Of a stretch of DNA of 64,000 nt, positions 43,706 to 53,130 are shown in pieces. Numbering within the stretch: position 1 is the first letter of the stretch; each line of letters begins with the position of its first letter. The notes under the pieces are model-generated. The model saw only the letters and a list, made by a program, of their open reading frames with translations. It had not been told where the DNA came from and ran no database searches. The translations under genes were made by a program, and so were the position numbers. The stretch spans positions 224,001 through 288,000 of the forward strand of contig CAVWUU010000001.1 in assembly GCA_963758295.1 (NCBI GenBank), read 5' to 3'. Origin of the DNA: Candidatus Eremiobacteria bacterium (GTDB taxonomy: Bacteria; Vulcanimicrobiota; Vulcanimicrobiia; Vulcanimicrobiales; Vulcanimicrobiaceae).

Positions 43706-44227
43706 ATGGAATCAATGACCGCCATCAGGCCCGCAGCGCCCTCGGACGCTGCGGGAATCGCTCGCGTACACGTCCGGGTGTGGGACGAAGCTTATCGCGG
43801 CATGGTCCCGGACGCGGCGATCGACCGGTATTCATACGATCGCCGGCTCGAGTCGTGGCGTCGTTGGCTGGGTCGAAAACCGTGGCACACGTTCGTAGCG
43901 CAAAGCCACGGCGCTATCGTCGGTTTTGCGTGCGGTTTTCCGGACGATACGGAACCGCGTTACGACGCGTACCTCAACACGCTGTACGTCTTGAAAGCTC
44001 AGCAACGGCGCGGAATCGCGCGCGATCTGTTACGCGTACTCGCCGGCGCGCTGCTAGACGAAAACCTGAGCGCCATGTGGTGGCTTACGCTGCGGGAAAA
44101 TCCGGCGTGCGCATTTTACGAGCGCGTCGGCGCACGGGTTCTTCGTGACCAGGCGGCTCCCGCCGAGCTCGGTCCTCAGACGATGGACCGGGTTTTCGGG
44201 CTGGACGATCTGCGCACGCTGCTCTGA
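43706..44227 (+). CDS. GNAT-family N-acetyltransferase
   Basis: LYVLKAQQRRGIA, ENPACAFYERVG. Confidence 0.88.
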   Translation: MESMTAIRPAAPSDAAGIARVHVRVWDEAYRGMVPDAAIDRYSYDRRLESWRRWLGRKPWHTFVAQSHGAIVGFACGFPDDTEPRYDAYLNTLYVLKAQQRRGIARDLLRVLAGALLDENLSAMWWLTLRENPACAFYERVGARVLRDQAAPAELGPQTMDRVFGLDDLRTLL

Positions 44228-44258
44228 AACGATTCAGCTGCCCGCCCGTATAGCAGAC

Positions 44259-45116
44259 ATGGATGTGAAAGTTCCCTTCCCCGCAATCGCAGCGGCGCTG
44301 CTGATACTTGCGCCGGCCACTGCGGGCGCCCAAGCGGCGCCGCCGTCGGCGGACGAGTATTACACGCAAGCGCTCGAACGTATGAAGGCGCTGCCGGAAC
44401 CTCTCGTCGTTACGTACGATGCGAGCGTCGATGCGTACGGCGCCCGCTTTTTACTGAACAGCTCGAAGGGACGCGCAAGCTTCGCGCTCGTCATTGGAAG
44501 CGGCGGCGGCGTAAAACAGGGAACGTGGCAAGTCGCGGCGCGCACTTCCGACGTCGTTACCTCCATCGCTGTTTCGGAGAAAACTCGCGCGTTGAGTGCG
44601 TCACCCATCTTCAACGCCACGTGGAACGGCGCGTACAATTTTATGCGCTACGGCTTAGACGGTCCGGCCACGAATGAAGAAACCGCAGCGAGCGCCGGAG
44701 CTATTCCCGGTTCCCAACGGGTAATTGCCATGGTCAAAGCGATCGGCACGGGCTACTACCGAGCGCAGGACGCCGGCGCCGGAACGTGTTCGGGAGGCGT
44801 CGCAGGGCACAACATTCACTTGATCGCGCGTTCGGATCCGCAAGGACATCCGCTTACCGATGTCACCATCGACACCGCGAGCGGCCTCATCTGCACCATG
44901 CGGTTCGGCTTCCGGGACGGGGGCCCGGTGGACGTGAGCGGCTTCGCCGTGCTTCATCTCGGCCGTGTGGGCGTCTATCAGATGATTTCCGACGAGCAGA
45001 TCGAGCTGAATCTGCGCGTAATGGGGATCGAGGCGAAGCGAGTGGGAATGATCGCGAGGTATGAGGACGTCGCCTTCCCGGCGAGCTTGCCGCCGGCGCT
45101 CTTTCCATCTCCCTGA
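44259..45116 (+). CDS. Exported hypothetical protein
   Basis: Signal peptide ending AGAQA; C-terminal YEDVAFPASLPPALF. Confidence 0.7.
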   Translation: MDVKVPFPAIAAALLILAPATAGAQAAPPSADEYYTQALERMKALPEPLVVTYDASVDAYGARFLLNSSKGRASFALVIGSGGGVKQGTWQVAARTSDVVTSIAVSEKTRALSASPIFNATWNGAYNFMRYGLDGPATNEETAASAGAIPGSQRVIAMVKAIGTGYYRAQDAGAGTCSGGVAGHNIHLIARSDPQGHPLTDVTIDTASGLICTMRFGFRDGGPVDVSGFAVLHLGRVGVYQMISDEQIELNLRVMGIEAKRVGMIARYEDVAFPASLPPALFPSP

Positions 45117-45125
45117 GGCCTTCGC

Positions 45126-45962
45126 GTGTTAGCGCAGCTGGTTTTGAACGAGCATTCGCGCCGTGGGCGTGAAGCCTCCGCCGCCTTACGCGAAGCGTTG
45201 AATACGGCCGGGATACATTTCGTAGAAACGAAGCTCGGGGACGCACCCGCTTCGGGTATCGACGCTATAATCGGGGCGGGCGGAGACGGCACGATTGCCG
45301 CCTGCGTCGCTAAGGCGGTCGAATGGAAGGTTCCGCTCGGAATCATTCCGCTCGGAACGTTCAACGAGCTTGCGCGCACGCTCGCCATTCCGTTAAACGT
45401 CAACGGCGCGGTGGACGTCATCGCGCGAGGGAGAGTTCGGCCGATTGACGTCGGTTCGGTGAACGGGCGCTACTTCACGAATGAAGCGAGCATCGGCATC
45501 TCGAGCCGGATCGCGCGCATTCAAACGCCGGAACTCAAACAACGCTTTGGTCTTTTTGCGGTGGCCGGGACCGCGCTTGCGGCATTCAGGCACTCTCGTG
45601 CCATTCATGTCGAACTGCGATACGACGGAAACGTCGAGCGCCTCCGGACGATTCAACTCACCGTTGCAAACAGCCACCGTTTCGGCGGCTTTCTTCAGGT
45701 TAACGGAGCCGCGATCGACGACGGATGGCTCGATCTCTATAGCGTAGACATCCGGAAATTTAGTGAAGCGTTCGCCATCGCTTGGACGATGTTGAGCGGA
45801 AAACAGCGAGCGGTCCCAGGCTTGCGGACGTTTCGCGCCGCGCGCTTTGAGGTGCGCACGAAGCACCCGCATCACATTGCGGCCGATGCAGAACCCGCCG
45901 GCACAACACCGGCCGTTTTCGAACTGTTGCCGAAAGCATTGAGCGTCTTCGCCGCGGAATAA
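45126..45962 (+). CDS. YegS/diacylglycerol-kinase-family lipid kinase
   Basis: GGDGTI, IPLGTFNELAR, IDVG, DDGWLD. Confidence 0.9.
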   Translation: MLAQLVLNEHSRRGREASAALREALNTAGIHFVETKLGDAPASGIDAIIGAGGDGTIAACVAKAVEWKVPLGIIPLGTFNELARTLAIPLNVNGAVDVIARGRVRPIDVGSVNGRYFTNEASIGISSRIARIQTPELKQRFGLFAVAGTALAAFRHSRAIHVELRYDGNVERLRTIQLTVANSHRFGGFLQVNGAAIDDGWLDLYSVDIRKFSEAFAIAWTMLSGKQRAVPGLRTFRAARFEVRTKHPHHIAADAEPAGTTPAVFELLPKALSVFAAE

Positions 45963-45969
45963 CCGGCCG

Positions 45970-46944
45970 ATGCAGTATAGAGCGCTTGGACATTCGGGAT
46001 TAAGACTCTCAGCGATCGGGCTGGGTTCGTGGCTGACGTTCGGGAGCACCGTCGATAAGCAGACGGCGCGCGACTGCGTCATGCGAGCGTGGGAACTCGG
46101 CGTCAACTTCATCGACACCGCAAACGTTTACGCACGCGGAGCCGCCGAGATGACACTTGGACCAATTTTGAAAGAATTGCGTCGTGACGAACTCGTCCTT
46201 GCGACGAAAGTATACTTCCCGATGGGCGAGGGGATGCACGAACGCGGCCTTTCACGCAAGCACATCCGCGCCCAAATCGATGCATCGCTGCACCGGCTCG
46301 GGGTCGACTACATCGACCTTTATCAATGCCACCGGTACGATTTAACGACGCCTATCGAAGAAACGTGCCGGATGATGGACGACTTGGTGCGCGCCGGAAA
46401 GATTCTGTATTGGGGCGTTTCGGAATGGAACGCCGATCAAATTACCAACGCGGTAACGCTCGCCCGAGCGCGCGGATGGGCCGTACCGGTCAGCAACCAG
46501 CCTCAGTATAGTGCGCTGTGGCGGCGCATCGAAGCGCGCGTGCTTCCGGTTTGCGAAGAATACGGCTTGGGAAACGTCGTGTGGTCGCCGATCGCGATGG
46601 GGATCTTAACCGGAAAGTACACCGATGCGTCCAACCCCCCGGCCGGCACACGCGCGGCGAGCGGCAATCGAGACATGATGGAAGACTACTTTACGCAGCC
46701 GGTGCTGGACGCCGTAGCGAAGCTTAAGCCGATTGCCGATGAAGCCGGCGCATCGATGTCGCAACTGGCGCTGGCGTGGGTTCTGCGGCAGCCGGCCGTG
46801 ACGAGCGCAATCGTCGGCGCAACGAAGCTCTCCCACGTGGAAGACAACGTCGCAGCCGCAGACTTGCAGCTCGACCCGCAGATATTCAAACGCATGGATG
46901 AAATCTTGGAGCCGGTGGCCGCAACCGAACCATATATCGCTTAG
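45970..46944 (+). CDS. Aldo/keto reductase (Kv-beta-like)
   Basis: GLGSWLTFG, DTANVY, ATKVYF, DYIDLYQCH, SNQPQYS. Confidence 0.93.
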   Translation: MQYRALGHSGLRLSAIGLGSWLTFGSTVDKQTARDCVMRAWELGVNFIDTANVYARGAAEMTLGPILKELRRDELVLATKVYFPMGEGMHERGLSRKHIRAQIDASLHRLGVDYIDLYQCHRYDLTTPIEETCRMMDDLVRAGKILYWGVSEWNADQITNAVTLARARGWAVPVSNQPQYSALWRRIEARVLPVCEEYGLGNVVWSPIAMGILTGKYTDASNPPAGTRAASGNRDMMEDYFTQPVLDAVAKLKPIADEAGASMSQLALAWVLRQPAVTSAIVGATKLSHVEDNVAAADLQLDPQIFKRMDEILEPVAATEPYIA

Positions 46945-46959
46945 CCGTTACCCCGAAAT

Positions 46960-46995
46960 GTAAAACACCGCCGGGCGTACCCGGCGGTGTTTTAC
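46960..46995. terminator. Bidirectional intrinsic terminator
   Basis: Perfect 16-bp stem GTAAAACACCGCCGGG-cgta-CCCGGCGGTGTTTTAC. Confidence 0.88.
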
Positions 46996-47124
46996 TTGCT
47001 GCACTCTACGAGGGGTCGTTGTGTTGACGATCGCGGTAAACCGCGAGGACAACTTTCGGGGGCGTTGTTGGTGGAGGACAACGTCGCCCCCGTTCATCCC
47101 GCTAGAACGGGATGAAACTTATGG

Positions 47125-47286
47125 TTAGTTCCAGCGCGTGATGATGCTGGACGTGCCGGCAACCTTCGGGCCCCAGCCGCTGAAAGAAGCGCTGCTCGGT
47201 GCGATTTGAATCAAGCGCGCGAGCGAAATCGTTGGTTCTGCTTCTTGCGTAGCGGCCTTGGGATCGGGCTGCGATGGGGTGTTCAC
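47125..47286 (-). CDS. Small peptide (53 aa) with FxGWGPK motif
   Basis: Manual translation MNTPSQPDPKAATQEAEPTISLARLIQIAPSSASFSGWGPKVAGTSSIITRWN; GTG start with GGAAGGA RBS. Confidence 0.6.
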   Translation of the reverse strand: MNTPSQPDPKAATQEAEPTISLARLIQIAPSSASFSGWGPKVAGTSSIITRWN

Positions 47287-47446
47287 GAACGTATCCTTCC
47301 GTTATTTCAAAGACGCGTTCTTGCGTCTCCGTGCGTTACTCTACACCGGGTATTACCGCCTACCTATGACCTTTGTTTCAGTTCGTTACGCTTTGACAAT
47401 CGACTTATCGAATAACATGTTGCAGTGTGACAGTTGTTGTTTAGTT

Positions 47447-47479
47447 CGTCTTTAAAAGCGTCATAAAAGCGGCATAAAA
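47447..47479 (-). promoter_or_regulatory. Three 11-bp tandem repeats, candidate winged-helix binding site
   Basis: Plus strand CGTCTTTAAAA GCGTCATAAAA GCGGCATAAAA. Confidence 0.5.
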
Positions 47480-47493
47480 TAGGGAGTTTTGGC

Positions 47494-49725
47494 CTATGTT
47501 CCCGCGTCGCCACCCGCGCGTATCACATATTTCACGATGAAACGATTCAGCGTTACATACGCAGCCGGCGTTCCGTAATTGAGGTAAAGATCCCCATTAC
47601 GCAGCCGCATATGAAATGCGGCTGCAACGTTGAGACCGGTTTGTGTGGAGAATCCGCCCAGCCCGTTAATATCTCTTAAGGAAAGTGTCAAATTGCTGTC
47701 GCTTCCGGTGTCGATGCCCAGCGACACACGTCGCAGCCACTGCGATTCGAGTATGCCGGTCGCGCGGTCGCGCTGATAGCTACCGTCGTATTCGAGGCCC
47801 AAAGAATAGCGGGAACCAAGCGGGCGCGACGTCGAGAGCGTGTACAAGTGCGTGATGGCGTTATTGAAAAGCCCCCACGTCGCGCTAAAATCAACCGGCC
47901 GCGGCGTGCCGTCGTGGTAGCCGACCGGCAGACCCATGAGGTTGAACGGAACGTTCGTGCCGTTGCGATAGCACGGAAATCCGGTAAAGAAGCTTTGGCC
48001 GAGCGTCGGTCCGGTGCAATCGGCGTTTGCGGGAACGTCGTACGCCCGCAAATAGCTTATCGTCGGCCCCGCGCCGTTGATGGAGAAGCCGTTTTTGAAC
48101 GTGGCGGAAAGAAAGGTCGCAAAATCCGACTCGTGAACGGCGCCGCTGCGATCCAAAAGCCGGTCGCCGGCGATATTCAGATCCCAGTTCTTGATCGTTT
48201 TCGTGCTGCCGACAAAGTTGAGATAGCCTTGGAGTCCGCGGATGTCCGAGTTGCTGGTGTATCCGTCAATGGGATTGTAATTGGGCGAGATGTCGACGTA
48301 GCCGGCGTTGATCTCCCAGTTCGGCCGATGGATGTCGACGAAGTCGTTCATGCTGTGCGCGGTCCCCTCGGGAATCCACGATCCGTGCTCGACCGAGCCG
48401 TTCAGTCCCCACACGAGCGCCGTGTGCAAATTCCGGCCTTTTACACCCGCTTCGAAGGTCTGGTCTTGACCTGAAACGCCGTGATTAGCAAGGACGCCGT
48501 CGGACCAATACTGGAGCGTCTGATCTTGCAGCGCGTGCTTGTACCCGTACACGATGTCATCGAACGTTTCGTCCGTTACGTCGTTGTAACCGCGGAACGT
48601 CATGAGGCCGAAGCTTTGCAGACCGGACGTTCCTTCGATCTTCATGCCTCGATCGAACGGTCCGACGCTGGGCGAGTAGAAAATTTCGTTTGCCGGCCCG
48701 ATGAAATTGGAGTATCCGTTCGGTACCGGCGTCAGGAAATTAGCGCCTTGCGAGAAGAACGGCCGGTACTCGGTGAGCTGCCTGCGGAACTCTTGCGGCG
48801 CAATAGTTTGCTGATCGATTTCGACGTTCGAGAAATCGGGATTCGCCGTACCGACGAAATTGATGGTCGACGTCAGCGGATAGCTTACGTCGATGCCGAG
48901 CGGTCGAACGCTTTGCTTCAAGAATGCGCCGTCCGACTGTTGGAACACGTCACGGTCGCCGCCGAGGCTCGCGAGCGCGTAGACCTCCGCGCGCGGCTTC
49001 GGACGAGATTGCGCCGATGCTTGAACCGCGAATCCCGTCGCTGCGGGCCAATAGCGAAGATCGTAAAATCCCGGCCAGTTGCCGGCGGCAACGTCTTGCA
49101 TCAACCCGTCGAACGCCCACGAGTAATGTTCGCCGATTGCCGAAACCTGCCGGAAGAATCCGATGCGCCACGTTTGCGGCGAACCGCCGTGAATGCGCAA
49201 GATGTTTAGCGGAATAATCATTACGGCGCGCCACGTGTTGCCTTCAACTTTCGCGGCGCTGTGCCATAACGGGCGATAGCGCGCGTTTTCACTAGCCTGC
49301 TCGTAACGGATTGCGCGCGGCGTCGTTTCGAAGAAATAGGCTTGCGACCCGGCGCCGCTTGTGTCCAAGCCGACTCCAACGAAGTCATCCGTGCCGAATC
49401 CGACGTCGTTCGTCGTCTGCGTCGCGACGATCGGCGTGCCATCTTGGAACGCCTCGAAACCAATGTAGAGATTCCGGTCGTCGTAGAGAACGTAGGCGGT
49501 AGTGGGAAGCGTCGCCGCGCTTCTCGTGGTCACGTTCTCCCAGGCTCCCTTCGTTGGAACGATACCGGCCTTCCACGCCGGATCCGTCATGGCTGGATCC
49601 AAGGGAAGCGGGTGGGGAGCTTTGGCGACCGGGAACGAAAACGTAGCGGGTACGGCAGCATTAACCGGACCGGCGAAACACCAGAGCCCGACCGCTGTAC
49701 AGAGAGATAAGATGGCGCGCTTCAT
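47494..49725 (-). CDS. CBM9-like domain plus DUF5916-type outer-membrane beta-barrel protein
   Basis: Signal peptide; YVLYDDRNLYIGF, DDFVGVGLDT, ANPDFSNVEID, EYRPFF; alternating beta-strand pattern at the C-terminus. Confidence 0.75.
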   Translation of the reverse strand: MKRAILSLCTAVGLWCFAGPVNAAVPATFSFPVAKAPHPLPLDPAMTDPAWKAGIVPTKGAWENVTTRSAATLPTTAYVLYDDRNLYIGFEAFQDGTPIVATQTTNDVGFGTDDFVGVGLDTSGAGSQAYFFETTPRAIRYEQASENARYRPLWHSAAKVEGNTWRAVMIIPLNILRIHGGSPQTWRIGFFRQVSAIGEHYSWAFDGLMQDVAAGNWPGFYDLRYWPAATGFAVQASAQSRPKPRAEVYALASLGGDRDVFQQSDGAFLKQSVRPLGIDVSYPLTSTINFVGTANPDFSNVEIDQQTIAPQEFRRQLTEYRPFFSQGANFLTPVPNGYSNFIGPANEIFYSPSVGPFDRGMKIEGTSGLQSFGLMTFRGYNDVTDETFDDIVYGYKHALQDQTLQYWSDGVLANHGVSGQDQTFEAGVKGRNLHTALVWGLNGSVEHGSWIPEGTAHSMNDFVDIHRPNWEINAGYVDISPNYNPIDGYTSNSDIRGLQGYLNFVGSTKTIKNWDLNIAGDRLLDRSGAVHESDFATFLSATFKNGFSINGAGPTISYLRAYDVPANADCTGPTLGQSFFTGFPCYRNGTNVPFNLMGLPVGYHDGTPRPVDFSATWGLFNNAITHLYTLSTSRPLGSRYSLGLEYDGSYQRDRATGILESQWLRRVSLGIDTGSDSNLTLSLRDINGLGGFSTQTGLNVAAAFHMRLRNGDLYLNYGTPAAYVTLNRFIVKYVIRAGGDAGT

Positions 49726-49805
49726 AGGCTAACCGAGCATCCCTCGGTTGGCGTCTGGGCGTCATCAGAATCGAATCAAAAGATTTTCGTCGAAGGACGG
49801 CAGCG

Positions 49806-51218
49806 ATGAGCCTCTATGCGTTCGGTCCGTTTCAGCTCGATGTCGAGCGTCTTCTTCTTTTGCACGCAGGAGAGCCGGTAGCGCTGGGTCCGAAGGTCGT
49901 CGAGACCCTCCTCGCGCTCATCGAACACCCCGGCGACGTCCTCGCGAAAAGCGCGCTTTTGGACCGCGTGTGGCCCGAAGGGTTCGTCGAGGAAGCGAAT
50001 CTCGCCCAAAATATCTACGTCCTGCGAAAGACACTGCGCTCCAGCTGGGACGTCGACGCAATCGAAACGGTCCCGCGGCGCGGCTACCGCTTTGTTGCAG
50101 CGGTTCAGCTGGTCGAGCATGTGATGCCTTCCACTCCGGAAGTCGTCGTTGACGTGCCGAAGCGGCGGCTGATCTCGCGCCGGCTCGTTGCTACCTGCGC
50201 GGCGGTGCTTTTCGCCTTAGGGCTTACGGTGATGGGCGCGAACGTGCTCGCGCGTCATTCGTCTCCGGCGACTCTGTCCGATGACGGGGCGCGCCTGTAC
50301 ACGATCGGGCGCTATTACTGGAATTCGCGTTCGCAGGACGGCGTCGCAAAAAGCATCGATTATTTTGCGCGCGTAATAGACACGGATCCCCGCAACGCGC
50401 GCGGATACGCAGCGCTCGCCGAAGCGAACGCAACGATGGCGGATTACCGCTATGGCACGCTTGGGCCGAAGGTGTATCTCTCACGTGCGCGGGCCTACGC
50501 GGAGAAGGCCCTCGCGCTCGATGCCAACTGCGCGGAAGCTTACGCGGCGTTAGGCCTCATCGATCTGAACTCGAAGCACTACGACGTTGCCGTCGACGAA
50601 CTCCGTCACGCCATTTCGATCGACGGTTCGTACGGACCGGCGCACGAGTGGTACGGCATCACGTTGCTCGGCCGCGGTCAGCTGCACGACGGCCTGCACC
50701 AGCTCGAAATTGCGGCCGATCTAGATCCGCTCTCGGTTTCCACGACGGCATGGCTTGGATCCGCAGCGTATCTGGACCGTCGCTTCAGCGAAGCGATCGC
50801 ATACTCGCGCCAGGTGCTCGATCTTGCGCCGAATCGCTCGGACGCCTATGCGATCATCGGCGAAGCGTACGAGGCGCAGGGAAACTACGAGGCAGCCATC
50901 GAGTCGTTCAAGCGCTATAAAGCGAGCGACCCGGAAGCGCGCGCGGAAGGCGCCGCATTACTGGCGCATGCCTATGCGTTGAACCACCATATGTCCGCGG
51001 CTCGGACCGAGCTTGCCTATGCGAAGGAACATTCGAACGATGTCGATCCCGGCGACTACGCGCTTGCGCTAGCGGTCGTCGGCGAGAAGAACGACGCCTA
51101 CAGCGTTCTGCGCCGCTTGCGTTCGCATAACATGTCGTGGATGGCCATCGAAAACGATCCCCGTTTCGACGCGTTGCGTTCCGACCGGAAGTTCCGCCAG
51201 ATCGCCGCTCCGGCATAA
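49806..51218 (+). CDS. CadC/ToxR-like winged-helix regulator with TM segment and TPR domain
   Basis: YAFGPFQLD, LLDRVWP..VEEANLAQNIYVLRK, IETVPRRGYRF; TM segment; repeated A..LDP TPR units. Confidence 0.88.
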   Translation: MSLYAFGPFQLDVERLLLLHAGEPVALGPKVVETLLALIEHPGDVLAKSALLDRVWPEGFVEEANLAQNIYVLRKTLRSSWDVDAIETVPRRGYRFVAAVQLVEHVMPSTPEVVVDVPKRRLISRRLVATCAAVLFALGLTVMGANVLARHSSPATLSDDGARLYTIGRYYWNSRSQDGVAKSIDYFARVIDTDPRNARGYAALAEANATMADYRYGTLGPKVYLSRARAYAEKALALDANCAEAYAALGLIDLNSKHYDVAVDELRHAISIDGSYGPAHEWYGITLLGRGQLHDGLHQLEIAADLDPLSVSTTAWLGSAAYLDRRFSEAIAYSRQVLDLAPNRSDAYAIIGEAYEAQGNYEAAIESFKRYKASDPEARAEGAALLAHAYALNHHMSAARTELAYAKEHSNDVDPGDYALALAVVGEKNDAYSVLRRLRSHNMSWMAIENDPRFDALRSDRKFRQIAAPA

Positions 51219-51671
51219 ATGGCGTATAGCTCGCTCTTCGAAGCGCTCGCGGTCCGGCCGCAGCTGGCGCGATCGCTTGCCGCGCACATGCGCGAATTGA
51301 GCGACGGCGGCTCGGTTCCCAAACGGACGAAAGAACTGATCGCGCTGATGGTCGGCTGGCTCAATGCGTGCGATTACTGCACCTGCGTCCACGAAGAGAT
51401 CGCGCGTCACTTGGGCATCGATACCGCGACGCTTGAAGGACTGAGCGACTTCGCGCGCAGCCCGCATTTCACCGATGCCGAACGGGCCGCGCTCGCGGCC
51501 ACCGTCGCCTTGACGCGCGAGCCGCGCGCGCTGCCGCCCGCCATTTGGGAGAGTCTGAGCGCGCAGTACGACGAAGGGCAGATCGCGGAAGTGCTCTCGG
51601 TAATCGGTTTCAGTAATTACGTGAGCCGTCTTAGCAACGCGTTAGGGATCGAAGCTACGCAACAGGTTTAA
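51219..51671 (+). CDS. AhpD/carboxymuconolactone decarboxylase-family protein
   Basis: KELIAL...NACDYCTCVH. Confidence 0.85.
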   Translation: MAYSSLFEALAVRPQLARSLAAHMRELSDGGSVPKRTKELIALMVGWLNACDYCTCVHEEIARHLGIDTATLEGLSDFARSPHFTDAERAALAATVALTREPRALPPAIWESLSAQYDEGQIAEVLSVIGFSNYVSRLSNALGIEATQQV

Positions 51672-53130
51672 ACGCGCGAGCCATCACTCGCTCCGCGGTG
51701 ATAAGGCGCGTGCCGCTCCAACGATCGTGCAGCATGATATGACGCATGATGGGGCTTAGCACGAGCAAAAACGGCCACAGGAGAAGCGCCAAAACGTAGC
51801 GCCACACGGTTCGCCAGACGCCGGGAGGGCGAAAATCCGTCGTTACAACGCGCAATCCCGCAATCATCATGCCGAAGCTTTGGCCGGCAACGGCTACGAG
51901 CACGGTCAGGTAGATGGCGGCAAACCAAAACGAGATCGAGCCGGCTTGTAAGACCGGAAGCACCGTGTCGACGGCCTTTGCGATCGGCGAGGAGTTTTGC
52001 GTGAGGTGCACGCCTTCCGGCGTGAGAGACAACCCGCCGAACGAAAGGAGTTTGGGGCCGGCATCGTTGCCTTCATCTGCCGGTGCCTGGACGTCGACGT
52101 GCACGCCGCCCTTCGAGTAAACCGTTTTGCTGCTTTTGGTGGCGGGCGCAGTCGTTCCCGGAGTTTGCACGTACGCGGCATCGTGGTTCGTGATTGCTCC
52201 GTACAGCGCGCCGACGATAATGAGGTCGATCGCCACAGCCGCAAACCGGCGCCACCAGCCGGCGCAATCGCCGCGTTGCACTTTTACGGCGCCCGGCGAA
52301 GGCAGCGCGGGCGGTTCGACCGCGGCTTCGCGTAAGAACCACTCTTCAAAGATTTGAAATTGTTGCGTTCGTTGGAACGCATCCATGTGCGCGATGCGTC
52401 GCGTGGCGTACGGCTCCGCGCCAAGCCACTCACCCCACTTCAACACGCTGTCGCGCGCGATCTCGCGTCCTTGCTCGGCAAATTGCTGCACGTTGACTTG
52501 ACGCCCAAAATGATGGAACGAAGAAACGGCGATCGCTCGTGCCGCCGCGTCGAGCGAACCGCAAACGAGCAGTCCGACTTTATCGCACGTGAATTCGCAG
52601 TTGCGGAGCCACGCGCCGAAGATTAGCGCGACGATCGGGTTTTCGTTGCCGTTGACGCTTAGCAGCGAAAGGTAGCGCGTATGTCCGGCGGCGATGTGGC
52701 CGAGCTGCCGTCCAACGATGAATGCCAGTTCGTCGTCCTCGAAGTGCTCGATCCAATGGCTAGAAAGCACGAGCGCGTATGGATCGCCGAAGCCAAGCGC
52801 GGCGACGGGAACGTTGTAATCTTCGCGCACGAAGATGAGCGGCATGGGAATCTCGAGGGCCGCGCACGCCCGCTTCACGATCGCGAAGACTCGCGGGTAC
52901 TGCGCCTCGTGAATCATGACGGAGGAGCCGATGAGGCGTCCCCGTGCGAGCGTCACGTAGATCATCGCGACGACGATGAAGAGTGCGACTTCCGATTCGC
53001 CGATTCGTTCGTGGATGAAGAACCCGATCAGCGCCGCTGCGGGAAACGCGAAGAGGAGCGTTAGAACGAAGGTTAGGCGCTCTCGCGGGTCGCGAAGTGA
53101 CGATGGTCCCGAGAATAACGGACTGGACAC
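51655..53130 (-). CDS. M48-peptidase-like plus RDD-domain membrane protein with degenerate Zn motif
   Basis: DELAFIVGRQLGHIAAGH, EFTCDKVG; RDD motifs WWRRFAAVAID, GQSFG, LHDRWSGT. Confidence 0.8.
   Translation of the reverse strand: MSSPLFSGPSSLRDPRERLTFVLTLLFAFPAAALIGFFIHERIGESEVALFIVVAMIYVTLARGRLIGSSVMIHEAQYPRVFAIVKRACAALEIPMPLIFVREDYNVPVAALGFGDPYALVLSSHWIEHFEDDELAFIVGRQLGHIAAGHTRYLSLLSVNGNENPIVALIFGAWLRNCEFTCDKVGLLVCGSLDAAARAIAVSSFHHFGRQVNVQQFAEQGREIARDSVLKWGEWLGAEPYATRRIAHMDAFQRTQQFQIFEEWFLREAAVEPPALPSPGAVKVQRGDCAGWWRRFAAVAIDLIIVGALYGAITNHDAAYVQTPGTTAPATKSSKTVYSKGGVHVDVQAPADEGNDAGPKLLSFGGLSLTPEGVHLTQNSSPIAKAVDTVLPVLQAGSISFWFAAIYLTVLVAVAGQSFGMMIAGLRVVTTDFRPPGVWRTVWRYVLALLLWPFLLVLSPIMRHIMLHDRWSGTRLITAERVMARAFKPVA

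Noticed and set aside
47287..47440. Known riboswitch in the leader of the 53-aa peptide gene
   Set aside because: Only a small hairpin (GAGACGC..GCGTCTT) is visible; no aptamer consensus recognised
47206..47455. Plus-strand ORFs 47206-47415 and 47258-47455
   Set aside because: No RBS and atypical composition; the minus-strand peptide ORF has an RBS and a motif shared with another ORF
51219..51671. AhpD-like protein as a modifying enzyme for the GWGPK peptides
   Set aside because: Only proximity supports it; no recognisable RiPP maturase (radical SAM, YcaO, LanM, ATP-grasp) lies in the window
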